Assembly (NCBI GenBank): GCA_043808325.1
Contig: JAZDEY010000059.1
Span: 11,218 to 75,217 of the forward strand
From: Candidatus Eiseniibacteriota bacterium
Lineage (GTDB): Bacteria > Arandabacterota > Arandabacteria > Arandabacterales > Arandabacteraceae
Length of the DNA stretch: 64,000 nucleotides
Direction of reading: 5' to 3'
Numbering within the stretch: position 1 is the first letter of the stretch; every line of letters starts with the position of its first letter. Under the pieces are notes generated by a model that saw only the letters and a program-made list of their open reading frames with translations, was not told the origin of the DNA and made no database searches. This document shows, piece after piece, positions 46,855 to 56,308 of the stretch. The position numbers and the translations under genes are program-made.

Positions 46855-47286
46855 CTAGAACGGAACCTCTTCGTCGGCATCCGGTGCCGGTCCGCTCTCT
46901 CCGGCTTCAACAAACTCCTCTTCCATCCCTTCAGGCTTGGCTATCCGATCGAGGAACTGGATTCTGTCGGCCACTACCTCGATCGCGCTTCGCTTCTGGC
47001 CGTCCTCAGTCTGCCAGCTGCGGCTGCTGAGCCTGCCTTCGACAAACGCGGCGCTGCCCTTCTTCAAGTACTCGTTCGTGAGCACCGCCAGCTTGCCCCA
47101 CGCCGCCACGTTTACAAAGGCGACCTGCTGTTTCCATTGGCCGTCCTGGCCCTTGTAGCCCCTGTTTACCGCAAGCGAGAATGATGAAACAGATGCTCCG
47201 TTCGGGGTGTACCGCAGCTCCGGATCCCTGGTCAGCCTACCGCTGAGCAACACTTTGTTGAGTTGAGCCAATCTTACGTCAGCCAT
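46855..47286 (-). CDS. ssb: Single-stranded DNA-binding protein
   Basis: NKV.L.GRLTRDPELRYT, VEGRL and an acidic C-terminus ending EEVPF. Confidence 0.97.
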   Translation of the reverse strand: MADVRLAQLNKVLLSGRLTRDPELRYTPNGASVSSFSLAVNRGYKGQDGQWKQQVAFVNVAAWGKLAVLTNEYLKKGSAAFVEGRLSSRSWQTEDGQKRSAIEVVADRIQFLDRIAKPEGMEEEFVEAGESGPAPDADEEVPF

Positions 47287-47323
47287 CGTCAACCCCCCTG
47301 TCCACTACCACACTTGAGCCAAC

Positions 47324-47650
47324 CTACGCCCTGGCTTCCTTGCTTTCCTCAGGAACCGCCGGTTTCTTGGCCGAAACCACGACGATGTGCCTCAGGACCC
47401 GTTCGTTGAGTCTGTAGGCTCTTTCCATCTCGGCTATCGTGGTGGGCTCCGTCCTGAAGATTATCAGGGCGTAATACCCTTCGGTCTTGCCTCCGATTTC
47501 GTACGGAAGCCTCTTTCTGATTGGAGGTTCGGCGCTAGTGACTTCGCCACCCAGGCTCGTGATGAGAGTCTTGACCTTGTCGGTCTCTTCCTTGACCTGA
47601 TTCTCATCAAGAGTAGGATCCAGGATGAACACTGTTTCGTATTCCCGCAT
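47324..47650 (-). CDS. rpsF: 30S ribosomal protein S6
   Basis: MREYETVFILDP, RLPYEI...EGYY and VLRH motifs. Confidence 0.97.
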   Translation of the reverse strand: MREYETVFILDPTLDENQVKEETDKVKTLITSLGGEVTSAEPPIRKRLPYEIGGKTEGYYALIIFRTEPTTIAEMERAYRLNERVLRHIVVVSAKKPAVPEESKEARA

Positions 47651-47662
47651 TCTATCCCCCCT

Positions 47663-48757
47663 TCACTTTCCAAATTTGATCAACACAATGTCCCCATCCC
47701 TGACGATATAATTCTTACCTTCGGTTCGCACAAGTCCTTTCTCTCTTGCCGGACCCATGCCTCCGCAGGCCTTGAATTCCTCAAGCGAGATCGCTTCAGC
47801 GCAGACGAACTTGTCATACATGTCGGTGTGAATCTTTCCCGCCGCGTCTCGGACTGCTGTTCCTCGCTTGACCGTCCAGCCTCGGGTTTCTTCACCCTTA
47901 ATCGTAAAGAATGTTACCACTTGGAGCAGGTCATAGCAAGCTCTTACGAATCTATGGATCGCGCTGGCATCAAGACCCATCTCCTTGAGGAACGCCTCTG
48001 CTTCCTCGGCCGGCAGCTCCCCCAGCTCGGCTTCCAGCTTGGCGCAGATCGGTATCACGACCGAATGCCGGTCGTGGGCAAGCCTCTCCACCTTGCCCAG
48101 GAGCGCGCGTGTCGCAGCCGAGCCCAGATTCTCATCGACGTTGGCGACAAAGACCACAGGCTTGGAGGAGAGAAGCTTCAAGTCCTTGAGCGCGGCGTCA
48201 ATCTCGTGGTCCAGTGCGTCCACGCCCTCAAACCGTTTGCCCTGATCAAGCATTGCCCTCAGGGAGGTGAGGAAGCTCAATTCCTTTCGGGCGTGCTCGT
48301 CGCCGCTCTTGGCGAGGTTGTGTATCTTGGCGATCCTCCGATCGACGATCTCGATGTCGGAAAGAAAAAGCTCGGCCTCGATGATCTCGATGTCACGCTG
48401 GGGATCGATCTCGCCTTCGACGTGGATCACGCTGGTATCCGCAAAACAGCGGACCGTGTGAGCTATGGCATCGACATTCCTTATGTGGGATAGGAACATG
48501 TTGCCGAGGCCCTCGCCTTTGGATGCTCCCCTGGCGAGGCCCGCGATGTCGACGAACTTGAGCAAGGGATGCGAGATCTTCTTAGGTCTGACCAGCTGAG
48601 CAAGGATATCAAGCCTCTCATCCCTGACCTCGACCACGGCGATATTGGGATCGATCGTGCAATAGGGGTAATTGCTGGCGGCTGCCTGGGCTTCGGCAAG
48701 TGCATTGAAGAGAGTGGATTTGCCTACGTTGGGAAGCCCTACGATTCCGATTTCCAC
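47663..48757 (-). CDS. ychF: Redox-regulated ATPase YchF
   Basis: GIVGLPNVGKSTLFNAL, NYPYCTIDPN, DIAGL..GAS.GEGLGN.FL and EGK.YIV.DGD motifs. Confidence 0.96.
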   Translation of the reverse strand: MEIGIVGLPNVGKSTLFNALAEAQAAASNYPYCTIDPNIAVVEVRDERLDILAQLVRPKKISHPLLKFVDIAGLARGASKGEGLGNMFLSHIRNVDAIAHTVRCFADTSVIHVEGEIDPQRDIEIIEAELFLSDIEIVDRRIAKIHNLAKSGDEHARKELSFLTSLRAMLDQGKRFEGVDALDHEIDAALKDLKLLSSKPVVFVANVDENLGSAATRALLGKVERLAHDRHSVVIPICAKLEAELGELPAEEAEAFLKEMGLDASAIHRFVRACYDLLQVVTFFTIKGEETRGWTVKRGTAVRDAAGKIHTDMYDKFVCAEAISLEEFKACGGMGPAREKGLVRTEGKNYIVRDGDIVLIKFGK

Positions 48758-48763
48758 GTCGCG

Positions 48764-49345
48764 CTAAGCCTCTTGGCTGTCGGTATCATTCCTCTTATTG
48801 AAGACGTTCATTGCGCTGTCAAGGCCGTCGGCAGCAATCCCAAGTAACGCCTCCACCGCGGCGGTCTTAGCCTTTTCAATCAGGGCCTCCTCCTCGGGCT
48901 TGAACCCGAGGAGGACGAAGTCCACAGGATCAACGCCACCTGACAGGGGGCCGATGCCTACTCTCAGCCTCGGAAAAGCTTGCGAGCCCAACTCGTATAT
49001 GATGGAACCCAGGCCGTTGTGCCCGCCGTCGCTGCCCTGCTTCCTTATCCTCAGCGTCCCCAGGGGAAGATTGAAATCGTCACAGACCACAAGCAGGCTT
49101 TCGGCCGGCGCGCCGTAATGCCGGAGCACCTGGGAGGCAACCCGGCCGCTGGTGTTCATATAGGTTGCCGGTATTACGAGGGCAAGGTCCCTCGAATGGT
49201 CCTCGGCGTAGTAGTAGTCACCGTGGCCGGGTGAGGCGCGCAGCCCGAGCTTCTCTATCGTATATGCCACGACCCCCTTGCCGACATTGTGTCTTGTCCC
49301 CGAGTAACGCTCGCCAGGATTCCCAAGCCCCAATGCGACAAGCAC
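48764..49345 (-). CDS. pth: Peptidyl-tRNA hydrolase
   Basis: GLGNPG..Y..TRHNVG, TYMN.SG, GGHNGL.SI and RLRVGIG motifs. Start moved to GTG 49345. Confidence 0.95.
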   Translation of the reverse strand: MLVALGLGNPGERYSGTRHNVGKGVVAYTIEKLGLRASPGHGDYYYAEDHSRDLALVIPATYMNTSGRVASQVLRHYGAPAESLLVVCDDFNLPLGTLRIRKQGSDGGHNGLGSIIYELGSQAFPRLRVGIGPLSGGVDPVDFVLLGFKPEEEALIEKAKTAAVEALLGIAADGLDSAMNVFNKRNDTDSQEA

Positions 49346-49349
49346 ACCC

Positions 49350-50096
49350 CTACTTCTCCGCTCCGCCCTTGCCTCTCGGCTTTCCTTCTCTTGCTTCTTT
49401 CCCTTCCTTCCCCTCTCGCCCTTCCTTGCCTTCCTTCTCTTCCTTCTTCTCGCCGGCCTCGCCCACGGCCTCACCTTCGGCAGGCGCAGCCTCGGCGCCC
49501 TCGGCCGCGGCCTCAACCTTGACCTCTTCAATCACGGTCGGAGCGACCACCGTCATCACGGAGGAGTCGGGATCGGTCACCAGCTTAAGGCCTTCGATCA
49601 TCAGGTGCTTGACCTGGAGCGAGTCGCCGATATCGAGATTGGAGACGTCGACCGTCACCTGATCGGGTATCGCGGTAGGAAGACACTGGATCTCAATCTC
49701 TCTCAAGAGGTGTTCGAGGATGCCGCCGTGGGCCTTGACCCCGACGGATTCGCCGACCACTACGATCGGCACCTTGACCACAATCTCTTTGGTCATGGAG
49801 ATGTGCTGGAAATCCACATGAAGGATGTCCCGCCTGACCGGATGATACTGAATCTCCCTTATGATCGCCTTATAGTCTCCGTGGTCGGCCCCTTCGATTG
49901 CAAGATCGAGGATCACGTTCTCACGGGCGCGGGTGTGGAGAACCGGATAGAACTCCTTGTAGTTGACCGCAAGCGGGAGCGGTTCCTCCCCCTCACCATA
50001 GAGGACAGCCGGTATGAAGCCGGCCAACCGTACCCTGTTCGCACTCTGCTTGCCTACACCCTCTCTGACCTTCGCTTTAAGTCCTACTGTCGCCAT
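49350..50096 (-). CDS. rplY: 50S ribosomal protein L25 / general stress protein Ctc
   Basis: IPAVLYG, QYHPV....LHVDF, GVK.HGG.L and L.IGDSL motifs, with a low-complexity EGK/EGR tail. Confidence 0.96.
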   Translation of the reverse strand: MATVGLKAKVREGVGKQSANRVRLAGFIPAVLYGEGEEPLPLAVNYKEFYPVLHTRARENVILDLAIEGADHGDYKAIIREIQYHPVRRDILHVDFQHISMTKEIVVKVPIVVVGESVGVKAHGGILEHLLREIEIQCLPTAIPDQVTVDVSNLDIGDSLQVKHLMIEGLKLVTDPDSSVMTVVAPTVIEEVKVEAAAEGAEAAPAEGEAVGEAGEKKEEKEGKEGREGKEGKEAREGKPRGKGGAEK

Positions 50097-50111
50097 GTTG
50101 TCCACCTAACC

Positions 50112-51035
50112 TCAGATGAAAAGTGAACTGACTGACTCTCCAAGGTGAATCCTCCGCATCGCTTCACCCAGAAGATCAGCAACCGATAACACCCGGAGCT
50201 TCCCGGCGGGCCCTTTGGTGTTGAGCGGAATCGTGTCCGTCACCGCGAGCTCCTTTATGGGTGAATTCTCTATGTTGGAAAGCGCATCTCCCGAGAAAAC
50301 CCCGTGAGTGCAGCCAACATAAACGTCCTTCGCTCCTCGCTTGGCCAGTTCCTTCGCCGCGAGAACGATGGTCCCGGCGGTATCGATAAGATCATCGACC
50401 ACTATCACGTTCCGGCCGTCGACATCGCCGATAACACTCAAAACCTCCACGGCGTTAGGCATCGGCCGCCTCTTATCTATCAGGGCAAAGGGCGCCCTCA
50501 ACTTGCTGGCGAATGCCCGCGCCATCCGGGCGCTGCCGATGTCGGGTGCGACAACCGTCAGGTCCGCAAGCCCGAGGCTTTTAAAGTAATCAATTAGCAC
50601 CGGGGATGCAAACAGATGATCAAGGGGTATATCAAAGAAACCCTGGATCTGCCCCGCATGAAGATCCATCGTAAGGACCCTGTTGGCGCCGGCCACCGTT
50701 ATCAGATTGGCGACCAGCTTCGCGGTTATCGGCACCCGAGGCTGGTCCTTGCGATCCTGCCTGGCGTAACCGTAGTAAGGTAAGACCGCCGAGATTCGGG
50801 AAGCGGACGCACGCGAGGCGGCATCTATCATTATCAAGAGCTCCAGCAGATTCTCCGCGGGCGGGAAGGTCGACTGTATGATAAAGACGTCGACCCCTCT
50901 GACGTTCTCGTTGAACTTCATGGATATTTCCCCGTCGGAGAACTTCCTTATCTCACTATCACCGAGCTTGGTCCCCAGATACTCGGCAATCTTTTCTGCA
51001 AGAGATCTGTTTGCCCTGCCTGCGAATATCTTCAT
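50112..51035 (-). CDS. prs: Ribose-phosphate pyrophosphokinase
   Basis: FSDGE, PYYGYARQDRK, MDLHAGQIQGFF and VDDLIDTAGT motifs. Confidence 0.98.
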   Translation of the reverse strand: MKIFAGRANRSLAEKIAEYLGTKLGDSEIRKFSDGEISMKFNENVRGVDVFIIQSTFPPAENLLELLIMIDAASRASASRISAVLPYYGYARQDRKDQPRVPITAKLVANLITVAGANRVLTMDLHAGQIQGFFDIPLDHLFASPVLIDYFKSLGLADLTVVAPDIGSARMARAFASKLRAPFALIDKRRPMPNAVEVLSVIGDVDGRNVIVVDDLIDTAGTIVLAAKELAKRGAKDVYVGCTHGVFSGDALSNIENSPIKELAVTDTIPLNTKGPAGKLRVLSVADLLGEAMRRIHLGESVSSLFI

Positions 51036-51095
51036 GGTCGCTCTTCCCTTTCTTACAGCGAACAGTTTCTTACAGTGAACAGTCCGGGGGACCTA

Positions 51096-51169
51096 TGGCT
51101 GGGGCGGGAGGATTCGAACCTCCGATGCAGGATCCAAAGTCCTGTGTCTTACCACTTGACGACGCCCCA
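51096..51169 (-). tRNA. tRNA-Gln (anticodon TTG)
   Basis: TGGGGCGTCGTCAAGTGGTAAGACACAGGACTTTGGATCCTGCATCGGAGGTTCGAATCCTCCCGCCCCAGCCA: cloverleaf, T-loop GTTCGAATC and encoded CCA; typical ispE-tRNA-Gln-prs position. Confidence 0.97.
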
Positions 51170-51188
51170 AGGCAGCCTTAAGTTCCGT

Positions 51189-51764
51189 TCAGTTGCCGTC
51201 CGTTCCCTCCAACGCTTTCTTGAATTCCCGAAAGATCGTCTCTTCAATCAGCTGCCTCGTCTCGGGCTTCGTCGGAAAAGCCAGGTCGCGGAGCTTCCCG
51301 CTTTTCCTTCTAACATTAGGCATCTGAACGAAGCTCTTGCGCTCGCCCGCGATTATCTTGATCCCGGTTATCGCAAGAGCATCATCAACCACAAGGGAGG
51401 CAAAGCCCCGGAGCTTTACTCCCTCAAAGCACCTGACGCGGACGTTAGTTATGATGAAATCCGCGCAATTGCTGCCGAGGTAACACAGTCCGTCGGGCCC
51501 GCTTGAAACCCCTGCAAGTCTCCGCTCATATTCCTTTACTATGATTTCTTCCAGTCCGTCCCGTGTCTGCTTGTTGATCGGGTGGAAGACTTCGAAGATC
51601 TCTCCCGTCTTCGATTGCCTGATCGGCATAGCCACATACTTCCGCTGGTGGCCGTCGACAAGACGCATCGCCCGCAGAACGAAGCAGTCGCACAGTGTGA
51701 CGCTGGCAACAGCCAGCAGTCGGTCTTTCCCGACAGGCGTGACTCTGACAGATGTGACAACCAT
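51189..51764 (-). CDS. spoVG: SpoVG family protein with two tandem SpoVG domains
   Basis: Two copies of (V/I)T.VRV...AS......FV/YV.MP....G.....P....R..(L/I)EE.I..E(Y/F). ATG 51764 follows a GGGAGGG RBS. Confidence 0.85.
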   Translation of the reverse strand: MVVTSVRVTPVGKDRLLAVASVTLCDCFVLRAMRLVDGHQRKYVAMPIRQSKTGEIFEVFHPINKQTRDGLEEIIVKEYERRLAGVSSGPDGLCYLGSNCADFIITNVRVRCFEGVKLRGFASLVVDDALAITGIKIIAGERKSFVQMPNVRRKSGKLRDLAFPTKPETRQLIEETIFREFKKALEGTDGN

Positions 51765-51832
51765 TGTGCCCTCCCGACGTCTGCCACATGAGGCCCTCTT
51801 CGCAAGAGCCTCTCCGTACCAGCGGCAATACC

Positions 51833-52759
51833 TCACCTGGGAGTCGTCACGCCCCGCACAGCAAGACTTGCAACAAATACCTTGAGGCCGTGCCGCACCA
51901 AGACCTCGCCGGTAGCCTTTGCATCACCTGTCTCTGAAAATATCCCGTACACGGACGAACCCGATCCCGACATCAGCGCCCCTCGTGCGCCCAGGCCAAT
52001 CAGTTCGTCCTTGATTCTCTTGACGATCGGGAATCTTCCGAAAACCAGCCTCTCAAAATCGTTTTCGAGGAGGTCGCACAAGCCGGCGACGTCCTCTTTC
52101 CTGAGAGCGTCCGCCATCATAGTAAGATGGGTGTCCTCTCTTGTCAACTCCATTTTGAGCGACTCATAAGCCCAAGCGGTGCTTATAGTTAACTCGGGCA
52201 CAACAACCACGATCGGCAAAGGAGGAAGTGCGGGCAGCCATTCCAGTTCCGCGCCTCTCCCCCGACCGATCGCGCAGCCTCCTCGTACCATGAACTTAAC
52301 GTCCGATCCGATCGCCTCAGCCAGCCTCTCAAGCTTCGATGCGGTAAGGCCGAGGCCAAAGAGGCGGTCAACCGCAACCAGGCTCCCTGCCGCGTCGGCA
52401 CTGCCTCCACCCAGACCCGCCCCCATGGGAACTCGCTTGGCTATATCTATGTGGAGCCCGCGAACGCCGGCAGCGCCGCTCGGCCCGGCAGCGGCCTGCG
52501 GGAGAGCTTCTCCGAGCGCCATCGCCGCCGCTCGAACCGCCAGGTTTGAATCGTCTCGAGGCACCGCATGGTCATCACAGGAGACCGAGAGCCCGGTCTT
52601 ACTGGGGGTCACGGTCACAATGTCGGCCAGGCTTATGGAGTGGTAGACAGTCTCGATTTCGTGAAAACCGTCGCTGCGCCTGGCTTTTACCCTGAGGAAG
52701 AGGTTTATCTTGGCGTTACACAGAGCGGTAACGGATTGAGGTAGGCCGTTAGGTTCCAT
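51833..52759 (-). CDS. ispE: 4-diphosphocytidyl-2-C-methyl-D-erythritol kinase
   Basis: AKINLFL, DGFHEI, P.GAGLGGGSADAA, GSDV and MSGSGS motifs. Confidence 0.97.
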   Translation of the reverse strand: MEPNGLPQSVTALCNAKINLFLRVKARRSDGFHEIETVYHSISLADIVTVTPSKTGLSVSCDDHAVPRDDSNLAVRAAAMALGEALPQAAAGPSGAAGVRGLHIDIAKRVPMGAGLGGGSADAAGSLVAVDRLFGLGLTASKLERLAEAIGSDVKFMVRGGCAIGRGRGAELEWLPALPPLPIVVVVPELTISTAWAYESLKMELTREDTHLTMMADALRKEDVAGLCDLLENDFERLVFGRFPIVKRIKDELIGLGARGALMSGSGSSVYGIFSETGDAKATGEVLVRHGLKVFVASLAVRGVTTPR

Positions 52760-52761
52760 CG

Positions 52762-53655
52762 TCAGGACTTATAGAGCACGATGCCGACCGTCGCTATCCA
52801 CAGGAATATGTCCGCGACTATGGGCAGGTCGGATACCAGCACCTCTGAGGGGCTCCCGCCTTTGTTCTTCACTATAACAAGATACATATACCTGAAGAGC
52901 CCAAAGACCACGAAGGGCACGGTGTAGATCAGATTGGAGGAATGGAACTTCGCAACGGTCGCCGGCCATATGGTATATATCGCGTAGGCAATCACGGTTG
53001 CGGCAGTCACCACAGCTATCATCGCGTCCAGGAATTCCTTCGAATATTCGAGCAGGCTCCTCCTGTGATCACCGGCATTGGCCGCAAGCAGGTCGAGTTC
53101 GTGGCGGCGCTTGTTGAAGCCGAGAAAGAGCGCGAGAAACAGGGTACAAACCAGCAGCCAGGGCGACATCAGGACACCCGCGTCCAGAGGCTTAAGGGCC
53201 TCCACACCCGCCATGGCGCGCAAGACGAAACCTATCGAGATGATCATTACGTCCAGGACAACGATGTTCTTGAGCTTCAGGGAGTAAAGGCAAATCAGCA
53301 CGAAGTAGGTGATGCACACGATGAAGAACGACCTGCCCAGTCCGTGGGCCAGGAAGAGCCCGAGGGCAGCGCTAACCACTCCCAGGACGAGCGCACCCTG
53401 TCTTGAGACGCGGCCGCTCGCCACCGGCCGCCTGCACTTGACCGGATGGACCCTGTCCTTCTCGAAGTCAATGACGTCATTGAAGACGTAGATCGAGCCC
53501 GACAACAGACAGAAGATCGCGAAGGCCTCGAGGCTCCGCAAGGCCAGACTGCCGACAAACATGTTTCTGGAGAAGATAACGCCTGCTAGCACCACAAGGT
53601 TCTTGGTCCATTGCGGGGGGCGCATACATTCGACATATGCCGCGACTTTACGCAT
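52762..53655 (-). CDS. UbiA-family prenyltransferase, decaprenyl-phosphate phosphoribosyltransferase-like
   Basis: RPPQWTKN, NDVID.EKDR.HP.K..RPVASG, GFVLRA.AG, KRRHEL and PFVVFG.FRY motifs. Confidence 0.85.
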   Translation of the reverse strand: MRKVAAYVECMRPPQWTKNLVVLAGVIFSRNMFVGSLALRSLEAFAIFCLLSGSIYVFNDVIDFEKDRVHPVKCRRPVASGRVSRQGALVLGVVSAALGLFLAHGLGRSFFIVCITYFVLICLYSLKLKNIVVLDVMIISIGFVLRAMAGVEALKPLDAGVLMSPWLLVCTLFLALFLGFNKRRHELDLLAANAGDHRRSLLEYSKEFLDAMIAVVTAATVIAYAIYTIWPATVAKFHSSNLIYTVPFVVFGLFRYMYLVIVKNKGGSPSEVLVSDLPIVADIFLWIATVGIVLYKS

Positions 53656-54286
53656 CGCCACTGTTCCTCAGGATGTCACGTATCTTCACCACGAGCAGGT
53701 CTATAGCGACCGCGTTGTGCCCTCCGCCGGGAATGATTATGTCGGCGTAACGCTTGGTCGGCTCGACGAACTGGAGGTGCATCGGTCTGACGGTTCCGGC
53801 ATATTGCTCAATCACCGAGTCGGCGTCGCGCCCCCGCTCCTTCATGTCGCGGAGCAGTCGCCTGATGAACCGCTCGTCGGAGTCGGCCTCGATGAATATC
53901 TTGATGTCCATGAGCGACCGGAGCATCTCGTCGGCAAGCACCAGGATACCTTCCAGAATGATTATCTGGGCGGGCTGGACCGCTCGACGCTGGGCCAGCC
54001 GCGTGTGAGTGGCAAAGTCGTAGACCGGCATCTCGATCACCCGCCAGTTGATCAGATCGCGCAGATTAGCTACAAGAAGATCATTCTCGAAGGCCGACGG
54101 ATGGTCGTAGTTCAGTCTCTCCCGATCAGCGAAACTCAAGTCGCCCCTGTCACAGTAATATGAATCGTGATGAATGGTAATCACGTTCTCCTGTTTGAAG
54201 CGGGACCCGACGATATCGGCGACCGTGGTCTTGCCCGAACCGGTCCCACCCGCTATGCCTATCAATACCGCCTTGTGCTCGCTCAA
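53648..54286 (-). CDS. udk: Uridine kinase
   Basis: IGIAGGTGSGKTT, NYDHP.A, EGIL, RR..RD..ERGR and V.PMH..FVEP motifs. Confidence 0.96.
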   Translation of the reverse strand: MSEHKAVLIGIAGGTGSGKTTVADIVGSRFKQENVITIHHDSYYCDRGDLSFADRERLNYDHPSAFENDLLVANLRDLINWRVIEMPVYDFATHTRLAQRRAVQPAQIIILEGILVLADEMLRSLMDIKIFIEADSDERFIRRLLRDMKERGRDADSVIEQYAGTVRPMHLQFVEPTKRYADIIIPGGGHNAVAIDLLVVKIRDILRNSGDA

Positions 54287-54289
54287 GAC

Positions 54290-54727
54290 TCACGACCTCA
54301 TCAAGAGAACCACGCCCGCGCAGACCAGCGCCGTTCCCGCGATTCTGAACGATGTTACCGGCTCGTTGAATATGTACCTGGAAAGCACCACTATCAGTAT
54401 GTAGCCGATGCTTATCAGCGGATACGCAAGGCTGAGATCGACTCTCGTGAGGATTATCAGCCAGCTGAGGGCGCTCACCAAATAGAGAATGAAACCCAGG
54501 ATCACGAACTTGTTGGTTGCGGCGCTTTGGAAGAAAGCCAGCATCGATTTCGAATCCAGCGACTGGACGATTCTCGAGGAACCTTTGGCAGAGGCGAGGC
54601 CGGCCCCGTACTTGAGCGCCAGCTGGCCTCCTACACCGAGAACCACGCTGAATATGATCAGCATGAAGTTCTTCATCTTACCGGCGCCCACCAGAACGTT
54701 CAGAAAACTCAGGGCAATGCTTTTCAT
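54290..54727 (-). CDS. EamA/ArnE-ArnF-like small multidrug-type membrane transporter
   Basis: GQLALK.G, W..IL...DLS.AYP and F.EPV motifs with four TM helices. Start 54727 or 54676. Confidence 0.8.
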   Translation of the reverse strand: MKSIALSFLNVLVGAGKMKNFMLIIFSVVLGVGGQLALKYGAGLASAKGSSRIVQSLDSKSMLAFFQSAATNKFVILGFILYLVSALSWLIILTRVDLSLAYPLISIGYILIVVLSRYIFNEPVTSFRIAGTALVCAGVVLLMRS

Positions 54728-54843
54728 ATCAGGTCTCCATTTCCCCTTGATCGTCACTCTGTCGCCGGAATCTTAACTCGCAGGTGCGATCCGGCGCAAC
54801 CTACTCCGACGTGTCGAGAAACGCACCACCGCCGGCCACGGGC

Positions 54844-55437
54844 CTACTCTCCAAAAAGACAAGATTCCGCGTACTCGCAGACGAGGTGGCATACCGCTAT
54901 GTGGGCCTCCTGTATCCGCTGAGTCTCGTCCGACGGAATAACGATCGCGATGTCGCTCTTGCGGGCCAGTTTGCCCCCACCGCAACCCGTAAGCCCGATC
55001 ACCTTTATTGCCATCTTCCTGGCGGCATCTACACCCGCAAGGACGTTGGGCGACATCCCGCTTGTGCTTATCGCGATAAGCACGTCACCCGCGCGGCCAA
55101 GCGATTCGATCTGCCTGGAGAAGACCGTGTCGAATCCAAGATCGTTGGCCTGTGCAGTCAGGAGAGAGCTGTTGGTGGTAAGGGCGATCGCGGCCATCGG
55201 TGAGCGCACCTTCTTCATCTTGACCGTCATCTCCGTGGCAATATGCTGGGCATCTGCGGCACTCCCTCCGTTGCCGCAGAGCAGCACTTTGTTGCCGCGC
55301 TTTAGGGTCTCGGTCACAGCCTCAGCTGCGGCCTCAATCCCCTGGTGGCACGAGAGCGCGGTCTTTAGAAAGACGTCGCTGGCCGCCTCAAGGGACTGGC
55401 GAATCCAACCATCAGGCTTCACGTCTTGCCCCCCCAT
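54844..55437 (-). CDS. gmhA: D-sedoheptulose 7-phosphate isomerase (SIS family)
   Basis: CGNGGSAADAQH, ND.GF..VFSRQ, ISTSG.SPN and T.RIQEAH...H..C motifs. Confidence 0.92.
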   Translation of the reverse strand: MGGQDVKPDGWIRQSLEAASDVFLKTALSCHQGIEAAAEAVTETLKRGNKVLLCGNGGSAADAQHIATEMTVKMKKVRSPMAAIALTTNSSLLTAQANDLGFDTVFSRQIESLGRAGDVLIAISTSGMSPNVLAGVDAARKMAIKVIGLTGCGGGKLARKSDIAIVIPSDETQRIQEAHIAVCHLVCEYAESCLFGE

Positions 55438-56297
55438 CAGTGCTCTCCTTGGGCGATCATGCCCTTTCGTCGAAGGTGGTCTCTCACCCCATCGGTCCAG
55501 GGCGGCAGCGCCTGGAGGCCGCTTGCCCCCATCACGAGGCTCCCCAGGACCGAGTAAGCCGGCCGCTTAGCCCTGGTAGGATAGAGCTCGCTCGGGACAG
55601 GGTCAATCTCAGCTTCAATCCCGGCCTGAGCCAGGGCATACCGCGCCAGATCAAACCAGGTGGCATCTCCGGCGTTGGTCATGTGAAGCAACCCTTCGAG
55701 TCTGCCGGCCACAGCCGCCTTGATGCCCCTTGCCAGATCTCGGGTGTAGGTCGGGCATCCCCGCTGGTCGTTTACCACCTGGAGCCTCGCACCCGAGGAG
55801 GCCTTCGCAATGATTGTATCGATGAAGTTCCTGCCGTTCGGGCCGAAGAGCCAAGACGTCCTTATGATCAGGTGCTTGGTGGTCAACTCCCTTACGTACC
55901 GCTCACCATAGAGCTTGGTAACGCCATAGAAATTGACCGGCGACGGCTCGTCGATTTCCAGGTAAGGTTCGTGCTTGCGTCCGTCAAAAACATAATCCGT
56001 GCTGGTGTACACCAGGTAGGCATCGGCCTGGCGTGCGCCGGCTGCGACATTCATCGAACCGAGAGCATTGGCCCTGAAAGCTTCCTGCCGCCTGTCCTCG
56101 CAGGCCTCCACATCGGTAAAGGCCGCTGCATGAACTATCACGTCGGGCCGGGCATCGAGGATCGCCGCCAGCGTCGCATCGTGGTCGGCGATATCGAAAT
56201 CGTCCATGTCCCGTGCAATCACCTCATGGTCGTCGCCGAGCACGGTGGCAAGATCGGCTCCCAGCATGCCTTTGGCGCCGGTTATCATCACTCGCAC
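55437..56297 (-). CDS. rfbD: dTDP-4-dehydrorhamnose reductase
   Basis: TGAKGMLG, AAFTDV...E, STDYVFDG, YGVTKL.GE and DQ.G.PT motifs. Confidence 0.96.
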   Translation of the reverse strand: MRVMITGAKGMLGADLATVLGDDHEVIARDMDDFDIADHDATLAAILDARPDVIVHAAAFTDVEACEDRRQEAFRANALGSMNVAAGARQADAYLVYTSTDYVFDGRKHEPYLEIDEPSPVNFYGVTKLYGERYVRELTTKHLIIRTSWLFGPNGRNFIDTIIAKASSGARLQVVNDQRGCPTYTRDLARGIKAAVAGRLEGLLHMTNAGDATWFDLARYALAQAGIEAEIDPVPSELYPTRAKRPAYSVLGSLVMGASGLQALPPWTDGVRDHLRRKGMIAQGEH

Positions 56298-56308
56298 GCG
56301 GGCCCCTC

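Noticed and set aside
49360-49460. 9-nt periodic purine-rich repeat
   Set aside because: It encodes the low-complexity EGK/EGR tail of L25/Ctc, which is common; not a DNA repeat element or CRISPR.
52762-53655. UbiA protein as the missing DGGGP synthase
   Set aside because: The RPxQWxKN, DRxHPxKxxRP and KRRxEL motifs point to the DPPR-synthase-like subfamily; not called DGGGP synthase without a phylogeny.
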